Notes: generated from the letters alone by a model not told the origin. DNA of 7,928 bases from Octopus sinensis (GCF_006345805.1 NW_021828407.1:1-7928); one strand, 5' to 3'; numbered from the stretch's first letter, positions 1 to 7,798 are shown. Program-made: numbers and translations.

Positions 1-1
1 A

Positions 2-228
2 TTGGTTTGGTGCATAGTTATTGCGGCTTGTTTTGAACAAATGGTATTCAACAAAAACAATAACAACATATAACAATATTCAGCATATTCATCACCTACT
101 TCAATTACTGCTCCCATGTGCTTGACAGACGGTCAGACCGTCATTTATAGATGTTTTTGTTAAATATTGTTATTGTTTTGAATAAAATTTGCTGAAAAAA
201 AGCCGCAATAATTATGCACCAAACCCAA
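2..228 (-). mobile_element. Tc1/mariner-derived MITE, copy 1
   Basis: TIRs ttggtttggtgcatagttattgcggctt (2-29) and aagccgcaataattatgcaccaaacccaa (200-228), followed by TA at 229-230. The TIR resembles Hsmar1/MADE1-type ends (TTAGGTTGGTGCAAAAGTAATTGCGG). The left TA is cut off by the window edge. Strand is taken from the transposase remnant in the core. Confidence 0.9.
77..142 (-). pseudogene. Frameshifted remnant of mariner transposase C-terminus
   Basis: Minus strand reads approximately G-L/D-R-L-S-S-T-W-E/A-V-I-E-V-G-D-E-Y-A-E with two 1-nt shifts. This fits the mariner terminal motif GIxxLxxRWxxVIxxxGxY. Confidence 0.65.
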
Positions 229-292
229 TATGTATATGTATATATATATATACATACATATATTTACACACGCGCGCGCACATATTTGTGTG

Positions 293-326
<34 letters not shown>
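229..326. repeat. Compound (TA)n/(CA)/(CG)/(TG) dinucleotide microsatellite
   Basis: Mostly alternating purine-pyrimidine tract with central cgcgcgcg (271-278) flanked by TA runs. Confidence 0.95.
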
Positions 327-327
<1 letters not shown>

Positions 328-329
328 TA

Positions 330-978
330 TGTCTGGTCACTTTCGAATACTACTGGTAACATGTAACCCAGTACAACCTGTTGCATGGTCGGGCCGTCGG
401 CGACTAGACCGGCAACACCACCAAGCTTGGCTTGGTGAGGAGGGTGTTATTGGACACTCTGCGGGATGAAAAACAAAACCCGTCAAAGGGCGGAGGAACT
501 CTTGAGAGTCAACGGCCATCCAATAAATGTCTTAAGGCTGTATCATGCGCGGAGATATAGAAATAATCGGACTGAATACCCGATCGTGCAGTTAAACCAT
601 TGGGAGTGAAGGACTCCTAGCCTTTGTTAGGGCATCCTTCTAGGAGAAGGTAACTCAGGTAACTGGGATAGCTCCGACATAAACCTGCGGCTCAGTGGTT
701 ACCGATGATGTGACTTTGTTCTTCTTTTCGGATTATGGCTGCTGTTGCTTAGTGAGTGGGATTGACTCAGTGCACAGCCTTTCCTCACTTAAAAAAATCT
801 TCTTGCACAGGCATTGCACGATAACAACATTGTTCATGATTGTTGATGGTGCTGTGAGTCTCAACTGAATGGCTGGCGGTAGCCTTAAAAAGCAAATAAA
901 TTTCACATTAGATCACAACACCAATAACAGTTAAGGTTCGTGCAATGACTATACTCGATAACGAGGGGGAAGCCATCA
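330..978 (+). mobile_element. RTE-clade LINE 5'UTR-like or non-autonomous RTE-derived segment (boundaries approximate)
   Basis: GC-richer block between TA-rich tracts. It carries motifs I recall from RTE 5'UTRs: ggcggaggaactcttgagagtcaacggccatcc (489-521), ggcatccttctaggagaaggtaactc (631-656) and ttcctcacttaaaaaaatct (781-800). Hairpins are dense. No endonuclease or RT ORF follows. Confidence 0.55.
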
Positions 979-1008
979 TATATATGTATATATTATGTGT
1001 GTGTATAT
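977..1008. repeat. Short degenerate (TA)/(TG) tract
   Basis: catatatatgtatatattatgtgtgtgtatat. Confidence 0.7.
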
Positions 1009-1198
1009 CTACATGCTTTTTAATGGACGCAGGTTCGTGTGTCAAATAGCTAGCTTGAGGCGGTGGCCTCATGGAGCTAATCAGCGACAGCTTTAGTCTT
1101 ATATTTATAAGACTGCCATATTAGTATGGCGATAACTATTAATTTCCAGTAACGCTGCCGTAATCTCCTTTAGAGAGACTTAGTAATTTTAATATTTC

Positions 1199-1201
<3 letters not shown>

Positions 1202-1229
<28 letters not shown>
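1202..1229. repeat. (TA)14 microsatellite abutting MITE copy 2
   Basis: Perfect TA run ending at the left TIR. Confidence 0.95.
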
Positions 1230-1233
<4 letters not shown>

Positions 1234-1449
1234 GTCGGGGCATAATTATTGCGGCTTTCTTTTCAACGAATTTTATTCAACAAAAACAACAACATGTAGC
1301 AAAAACGTCTTTGATTATTCCGGAACATATTCACTATCTACTTCAATTACTGCTTCTCATTTAAAGATGTTTTTGTCAAAAATTGTTTTTGTTTCTGTTG
1401 AATAAAATTTGAAAAACAAAAAAGCCGCAAGAATTATGCACCAACCCAA
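1230..1449 (-). mobile_element. Tc1/mariner-derived MITE, copy 2
   Basis: TIRs ttgggtcggggcataattattgcggcttt and aaagccgcaagaattatgcaccaacccaa, with TA on the left and TT on the right. The core catattcactatctacttcaattactgct is shared with copy 1 in the same orientation. Confidence 0.9.
1315..1362 (-). pseudogene. Last 16 codons of a mariner transposase
   Basis: Minus strand AAA TGA GAA GCA GTA ATT GAA GTA GAT AGT GAA TAT GTT CCG GAA TAA = K(W>*)EAVIEVDSEYVPE-stop. Copy 1 has TGG at the W position. Confidence 0.75.
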
Positions 1450-1499
1450 TTTTTAGCTTCATAAAGTGTTTCTTTAATATGTCCCAGGTTATACCATGC

Positions 1500-1604
1500 T
1501 GACGGTTTGTCTCTACTAAGTTTACTCACCTGAGGTTATAGTACACAGCACTTGTCCCAAATGCCGCGCATTGGGGCAGAACAGGAAATCACGTAGTTGC
1601 AAAG
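1500..1604 (-). mobile_element. Degenerate tRNA-derived SINE head/core fragment
   Basis: gaggttatagtacacagcacttgtcccaaatgccgcgcattggggcagaacaggaaatcacgtagttgc resembles the reverse complement of a box B plus ttgggcaagtg core of octopus-type SINEs (recalled). It loosely parallels 6615-6675. Confidence 0.55.
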
Positions 1605-1662
1605 TACTGAGTTGATGCAATCGACTTCCTCCATCCCACAAAGAATAAAATTACTGGTCTTG
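1603..1662 (+). mobile_element. Degenerate SINE 3' tail fragment
   Basis: agtactgagttgatgcaatcgactt...aaaattactggtcttg resembles a recalled cephalopod SINE tail (agtactggggtcgatgtaatcgactt...aaaattgctggccttg). Confidence 0.45.
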
Positions 1663-2435
1663 AATCTCCGACGGACCGGTTCAGGGAAATGTTATGATCT
1701 TGGTCACTTACACATCATGGAAACAGTATAAATCCGCCCTTATGGGTCCGAGGTCTCGAGGAATTTCTTTTGTCATTGATCAAATTCTCTGCACATGGCA
1801 TTAGATAAGCAGCAAGCTCTGTAACAACCAAAACTTTCGGCTTTTTCGACGAAGTATTAGATACTTTGACATCTTCTCCTAAATGTCTTTAAATTCTTGC
1901 ATTGATGAATTATTCATTTTTGAGAGTGTATCGATTACCTTCGGTAGCAACACGTTTGGAGTTTCGAGTAAGATTTTAAAAACAGTTTAGCAAAGCTCTC
2001 TGGCTTGCTCCGTTGGAGGAATACCATAAATTACAAATGTTCGGTTCCAAGACAAATAACACTAATTTCCTCATGTAATTTCACACAAGAGCTAAACCAA
2101 GATTAACGCTTCTGCTGATATTTGAAATCATTCTAAGCCTATGCTAATTTCGATAACTTAATCATTGTCATTATTATAATAAAGATATTAGAGACTCAAA
2201 AATAAGAAATAAGGATCCGAGCAATAGATACAGGGCGAATACCTCAACTAGGAGGTATACAATGTATCGCGGGTTTAGTTTTTTTGGCAAAAAGGGTTTT
2301 TTGCTGCATATGAGGCACAAAAATGGATATTCGATTCGATTGCAGAAAGAAGAAACAAATTTTCTCTTATGAGATTTGATGCGGCAGATTTTTTTCCCAA
2401 TATAGCATTTAAAATTTTCCTCGTTCACACACAAG

Positions 2436-2544
2436 CGCGTGCGAGTATGTGTATGTATGTGTGTGTGCGTGTAGATGTGTGAGTGTAGATGTGTGCGTGT
2501 AGGTATGTGTGTGCGTGTATGTGCGTGTGCGTGTGTGTGTGCGT
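2436..2544. repeat. Imperfect (GT)n/(GC) microsatellite
   Basis: About 110 bp of GT units interrupted by GC, AT and AG variants. Confidence 0.95.
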
Positions 2545-2653
2545 AAGTTATACAATGCCATTTTATCTCATCTCTTATCTATTAAGGTTACATATTCGCC
2601 CCACAAGTCTTTGTACATTGATGCTGTAGTATGATGCGCCTTAGTACCACGCA

Positions 2654-2783
2654 CATCAATTATCCTCATCAACATCCTCATCATCTTCATCATCCTCATT
2701 ATCCTCATCACCATCATCATCCTCATCATCATCACCATCATTATCATCATCAGTATCATCAATATCATCATCATCATCATCAA

Positions 2784-2815
<32 letters not shown>

Positions 2816-2937
2816 CCAACATCATCATCATCATCATCGTCGCCGTCATCTACATCCTCCTCATCATCATCACCATTATCATTATTATTATTATTATGAT
2901 TATCATTATCATTATCATCATTATTATTATTATTATG

Positions 2938-3010
<73 letters not shown>

Positions 3011-3013
3011 GTC

Positions 3014-3083
<70 letters not shown>
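2654..3083. repeat. Compound trinucleotide microsatellite (CAT)n-(TAT)n-(TAG)n
   Basis: Imperfect CAT about 2654-2880, TAT about 2880-3008, TAG 3009-3083. Confidence 0.97.
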
Positions 3084-3085
<2 letters not shown>

Positions 3086-3614
3086 TTCCCTGATGAATAT
3101 GAACACAAGGATATATTCATCGCGATTCTTGGAAAGTCTTCAGGTAGAATAATTGGATATAGAAAACTATGTTTTCTTTGGACTCTTTTATTGAAACCAT
3201 ATTTACTTTGGAAGAATTTTATTTATTTTTTATAACTTTATTTGCAAAACTCATCATGTTTCCAAATTTAATGTGTGAAAACGAAACAACTAAACTGTTA
3301 TCCTCATAATTTATTATGATAATATCCTTTACTATCTTTATCCGTATATATTATATGCACATTCAGAAAAGAATTAGATATACGTGGTTATATTATACCT
3401 TTACAAATTAGTGTAAGTATTTTACCTGAATCTACAATACCTAATTTTTGAAAATATATTTCCATTAGCATGTCTGTGTTATTCTTTGATATTTTCATAC
3501 GGTGATTAAGATAATTTAGATTTCAAAGAGGCATCAAGTTCTTCGGAGTTTTGCGGAAAATCAAATACGAAGGGAACGTAAAAATAACAGAATGCGGTGA
3601 ACCGTTGATATTAT

Positions 3615-3735
3615 GCGCCAGGGATCACTAGGCAATAGGGGACACCAGATCTTGATCAGGAGCATCCGCTAGAAACGCTAGGCACTTCATCAATGTAAAT
3701 AAAGATTTAAAAAATTGGCACGAAGTCACAAATTT
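3615..3735. repeat. Unclassified direct repeat, copy A, immediately before a (CTT)n array
   Basis: Aligns without gaps to 4561-4680 (offset 946); manual count 86/120 identical. Confidence 0.85.
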
Positions 3736-3884
3736 TCTTCTCTTCTCTTCTTCTTTTCTTCTCCACTCTCTTCTTCTTCTATTCTTCTCCTTCTTCTTCT
3801 TCTTCTTTTCTTCTTCTTATATCTTCTTTCTTTTCTTCTTCCACGTCTTCTTCTTCTTATTCTTCTTCTTCGTCGTCTCTTCCT

Positions 3885-3915
<31 letters not shown>

Positions 3916-3969
3916 TTCTTCTTCTTCTCTCTTCTTCTTCTTCTTCTTCTTCCTCTTTCTTTCTTTCTC
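3736..3969. repeat. Imperfect (CTT)n polypyrimidine array
   Basis: About 230 bp of near-pure C/T on the + strand. Confidence 0.97.
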
Positions 3970-4520
3970 ACTTATTATTTTCTGTCTGGTTCACACTTTC
4001 AAGGAGAATGTCACAGGCTTTGTAAATTTACCTAACATATCTTACTCTTAACTGCTGACAGGATATACAAACAAAAAACAGAAAAATCTCTTGAAAAACA
4101 ATAAGAATAGCGTAAAACATGAAGTACAGCAATAGACAGTGCTTAGAAAAATAGTACATTTCGAGTAATTATTTAAATTAGTACAGTATTTTGAAACGAA
4201 AAGGATGGGTTGTTTCTCAGATTGAAGAAAGAATCTGAAAACAATTTTTGAATTAATTTTAAGTTGTATATTCTAAAATTGAAGCTGATTTTTATGAAGC
4301 TCTAAGGCATCTTTTAAATTACTTGCGTACGACATCGAATGACGCAATATTCCTTGGTCAAATGTATTGGTATCATTTGAAATGCATTCATCCAATATAT
4401 AGTAAAATTTTTGATTGTATGATATATTTTCTGGTATTGATAAATTTGAGCAAGATTATGTAGTAAGGAGGCTAGAAATTTCAATCAAAAAATATATTCG
4501 GTGTCACATGTAATAGACTC

Positions 4521-4557
4521 GCCCTCTGTCGGATACAATGACGTGTGTTCCAGTTGA
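4521..4557. mobile_element. Possible short SINE-related fragment
   Basis: ctctgtcggatacaatgacgtgtgttccagttga resembles a recalled octopus repeat (ctctgtcggttacgacgacgagggttccagttga); short and unverified. Confidence 0.3.
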
Positions 4558-4560
4558 CTT

Positions 4561-4681
4561 GTGTCAGGGTTTAATAGTCAATAGAAGAGATTAGATTATG
4601 ATTACGAGCAAGTGCTCGAAAGATCATGTCCTCCATTAATGTGAATTAAGATTTCAACAGTTGGTACGAAGTCACAAATTT
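4561..4681. repeat. Unclassified direct repeat, copy B, immediately before a (CTT)n array
   Basis: Homologous to 3615-3735; ends ttggtacgaagtcacaaattt versus ttggcacgaagtcacaaattt. Confidence 0.85.
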
Positions 4682-4927
<246 letters not shown>

Positions 4928-5477
4928 GAGTGAGCGAGCAGAGCATGCCATCTAAGTGACACTGGGGTAAAATATACGAAGCCCAGTATACCCATCATGA
5001 CTACCCGTCTGATAAGGGTACACCAGGCACATGCATCACAACATATGTGCGCGACATGGTGATCTCATATCAAGATAAACAGCACATGACCTTGCAGGTG
5101 GAGCCCAGTTAGAATCTTCTTCAGGCGAGTAACCCATCCCGCTCAAAAGGTGCCTGAATAAGGGTTGTTTAAGGAATTGAACGAAACACCCATGTTTCCA
5201 GAGGTGAATTATTCAACCCCAAAGAATCCTTCTCAACACATGGCTATGATGCTCCCCCACTACTTCTGCTCGTGATCAGAGATGCACAATCGTCAGCCAC
5301 TAAGGGACATGCTCAACTGGTTAAGGTCAAACAACTGACAAGCAAATCTGTGGTATTGAGCAGAATATTTGCTGTAGCCCATCTTTTATACCAAGACAAA
5401 ACAATGTACATGATAACACTTCCAATCAGTTAAGATCAGAAGCCATGAGAGCCACTGCCTGGTACTGCAGCAGGGCA
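4928..5477 (-). mobile_element. ~550-bp unclassified non-autonomous interspersed element embedded in (ATT/AAT)n
   Basis: Sharply bounded, higher-GC, non-coding block flanked on both sides by same-orientation ATT repeats. I recall it as a high-copy octopus repeat. The minus strand is suggested only by G-U-compatible stems and an (AAT)n tail. Confidence 0.7.

Positions 5478-5546
<69 letters not shown>
5478..5546. repeat. (ATT)23 microsatellite
   Basis: Perfect run. Confidence 0.97.
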
Positions 5547-5548
<2 letters not shown>

Positions 5549-6118
5549 GTTTGGATTTTGCGTCGTGTCTGTACGTGCTGTGTCCAAATCTTTATCAAGG
5601 GCCTCAAAACATAGAAAGTTTATAAGTTCAAGTAGCATAAGGACTATGATGGTTGATAGCTGCCATGTTTTAGGAGGAGAGTGTAGCTCGGTGAAAGGGA
5701 AACGTGTTTCAACTGTGCATCTTAGTTTCATAAAAAATATTGTTTTAGAGAAATCCTTTTGATAGTATGTGAAAACAAATTGTTTTCGACTTAAGACAGT
5801 ATCTTTCGTTCGGTATAATCAGTGCTCATGAAGACTATTCTCAGAATTTCTTAAATTTTTGGATTCCCTTGGATTTGAGATAATAATTATCAGCTTCTTT
5901 TGCAGTTATTCCTAAGGCAACTTCAACCGCGGGTATTGTACCTGTGTTGGCTTTCTAAATTTTTTAAATTTCTATTTCAAGATCTCTTCACTTGCTCAAC
6001 TTTTGCTATAACTTAACTGACAGATTTATAAAAATTGGGATTGTCTAATCGATGTGTAGACATGATTTTCGTCTTAAATCCTTCTGTATAATAACTAGCC
6101 TGTTTATATTCATCATTA

Positions 6119-6473
6119 TTATGTCTGCCTTAGCGAAGACGAAGGTATTGTTTTTCGGTCGTGTTTGTTTGTCCGTGGACAAGATATCTTCAAGAACCGC
6201 TGGGTGGATTCGTATGAAACTTCCAGAGATGTTTGGCCTTATGACTGGCACGAACTGATTAGATTTTGGGATCGATCCGGTACCAGACAAGAATTCTGGA
6301 TTATTTTTCCTGTTTGTTTTTTACTTAATTTTTGAGAGCGGTAGGGTTCACTTTTAGTGATACGTTTGTTAGAGCAGTCGAGTATATTTCAGAAAAAAAT
6401 CATCCCCAGCTAATCGTTGAGAAGACGTTGGTGTTGCCATGGCGGAAGATTGCGCTCTCTGAGTGGTCTTGTT
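6119..6473 (+). mobile_element. Helentron-associated non-autonomous element (HINE/DINE-1-like)
   Basis: Degenerate 5' subTIR/palindrome atgtctgccttagcgaagacgaaggtat, then a short tgtttgtttgtccgt repeat and a ggattcgtatgaaactt core. The 3' end has subTIR ggcggaag (6441-6448), hairpin cgctc-tct-gagtg (6453-6465) and terminal tcttgtt. Confidence 0.75.
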
Positions 6474-6557
6474 GTTGTTGTTGTTGTTGTTGTTGTTAAT
6501 ATTATTATGATTATTATTATTATTCATAATAATATTAACAACAACAACAACAACAAG
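6468..6557. repeat. Inverted repeat built from (GTT)n/(AAC)n plus a 13-bp AT-rich arm
   Basis: 6478-6510 is the exact reverse complement of 6524-6556 (33 bp), with a 13-nt spacer. Confidence 0.9.
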
Positions 6558-6570
6558 TATTATTATTATT

Positions 6571-6913
6571 GTGAAGGCGCATGGCTCAGTGGTTAGAGCA
6601 TCGAGCTTACGATCGTGAGGTTGTGAGCTCGAATCCCGGACCGGGCTGCGTGTTGTGTTCTTGAGCAAAGCACTTTATTTCACGTTGCTCCAGTTCACTC
6701 AGCTGTAGAAATGAGTTGCGACGTCACGAGTGCCAAGCTGTATCGACCTTTGTCTTTCCCTTGGATAACACTGGTGGCGTGGAGAGGAGAGGCTGGTATG
6801 CATGGGTGACTGTTGGTCTTCCACAAACGACCCCTTGCCTGGATTTGTGTCTAGGAGGGTAACTTTCTAGGTGCAATCCCATGGTCATTCATGACCGAAG
6901 GGGGTCTTTACCC
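6571..6913 (+). mobile_element. Full-length tRNA-derived CORE-type SINE
   Basis: Pol III box A tggctcagtgg (6582-6592) and box B agctcgaatcc (6626-6636). MIR/CORE-like tgtgttcttgagcaaagcacttt...cagttcactcagctgtagaaatgag (6654-6715). 3' hairpins are present and TTA repeats lie on both sides. Confidence 0.9.
6582..6636 (+). promoter_or_regulatory. Internal Pol III type-2 promoter (box A/box B) of the SINE
   Basis: Box A fits TRGCNNARYGG. Box B has one deviation (GCTCGA versus GTTCGA). Spacing is tRNA-like. Confidence 0.75.

Positions 6914-6982
<69 letters not shown>
6914..6982. repeat. (TTA)23 microsatellite, i.e. the (TAA)n tail/target of the adjacent LINE
   Basis: Perfect run between the SINE 3' end and the LINE 3' end. 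Confidence 0.97.
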
Positions 6983-6983
<1 letters not shown>

Positions 6984-7136
6984 TCAGTAGTCTTATTTTT
7001 ATCCCTTTCACTGCACTACCGAGCGTAGCTCTGTGTGCCTTGGGTATGTGCGGTGATTTGTAGTGATGCTCTTATTTTTCTCGTACTGAAAGTATTTTAC
7101 GTAGGATGTGTGCGGTACCTAGTAGTATTTTGCATC
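6983..7136 (-). mobile_element. 5'-truncated R4/Dong-clade LINE 3' end
   Basis: Minus strand 7131-7072 encodes KILLGTAHILRKILSVREK-stop, matching the QKxxLLGTAHILRK C-terminus of R4/Dong-type ORFs. About 90 nt of 3'UTR and (TAA)n follow. Confidence 0.8.
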
Positions 7137-7757
7137 TGCTTTAATTTGTACGCGATGTACCAAATTTTGAAGCAGTGATGTCAAGTGACAACAAGCTTTT
7201 GCATCTAATCCTGCAAACAGGTGACATGCAATTTTGGAACTAATATTTGTGTGTTTTAAAAGAATAATCCATTTTTTAAAATAAAATTTATAATAAAACT
7301 GAAGGAATAAGATTGTATTGATGTATATTACAAAGCGATGAATTTACCTTAAATATATGCGGTAACAATAACTACAATTTTTTTGGTAATTTACGTATTT
7401 TGAGGATGCCAAGAATTTCGTCTGCTTAATTATTGTTCCTGCTCCTGCCATTTCATGCCACGATAGGTATTTTGTTGCTTTACGATATCACATTCCTCTG
7501 ATTTCAATCTCTTGGTTCTTAAATTTGCTCATTTTCCCGTAGAAAGGGATCGTAGATTAAATCAACTTCACTCCTTATTTTATGGAGCCCCAAACAATTT
7601 AGCGAGATTTGATTTTGAAACGAACTTTCTAAAATACAACTGCATATCAATTAAAGGAAAGGAAGAAAAGATTAGAAACTGTCTGTAAAAACGTTCAAAT
7701 GGTACTGCATGAGAGTGGGGCTCATGCAGCCATTTCATCATCATTTATTATATAACA

Positions 7758-7798
7758 TTTTTCTCATTTTCATTCTTGTGTTTTTGTCCTCACTGCAG
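7758..7798 (+). other. Candidate 3' splice acceptor (polypyrimidine tract plus CAG)
   Basis: ttttcattcttgtgtttttgtcctcactgcag with an AG-free stretch upstream; GC content rises after 7798. Confidence 0.4.

Noticed and set aside
230-519. ORFs 230-469 (+) and 337-519 (-)
   Set aside because: Short; they lie in the TA repeat or the TE-like UTR.
2174-2434. 86-aa minus-strand ORF
   Set aside because: Non-ATG start in a CA/GT repeat edge, AT-driven composition, no motif.
2568-3120. Poly-His/Tyr, poly-Met, poly-Thr/Asn/Asp and poly-Ile/Ser ORFs
   Set aside because: Translations of trinucleotide repeats, open in several frames on both strands.
3083-3125. Hammerhead-like CTGATGA with local stems (gtgttc/gaacac, gatgaatat/atattcatc)
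   Set aside because: No stem II-GAAA-stem III-UH arrangement can be built.
3715-4035. Leu/Phe-rich and protamine-like Arg/Lys-rich ORFs
   Set aside because: Both are readings of the (CTT)n array.
5240-5300. Minus-strand CTGACGA (5296-5290) followed by a small stem
   Set aside because: The stem is followed by GCAG rather than GAAA, so the hammerhead core is incomplete.
5425-5470. Two short U2 snRNA-like words (atcagttaagatcaga, cctggtactgcag)
   Set aside because: Spacing is far shorter than in U2, with no Sm site or branch-pairing sequence; likely chance.
5426-5762. Overlapping poly-Ile ORFs
   Set aside because: They span a TE end and (ATT)23; no recognisable domain.
6575-6646. tRNA gene
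   Set aside because: No proper cloverleaf, and it continues into a CORE-like domain, so it is a SINE head.
6045-7063. ORFs over the HINE, SINE and poly-Leu tract
   Set aside because: Contained in non-coding TEs and microsatellites.
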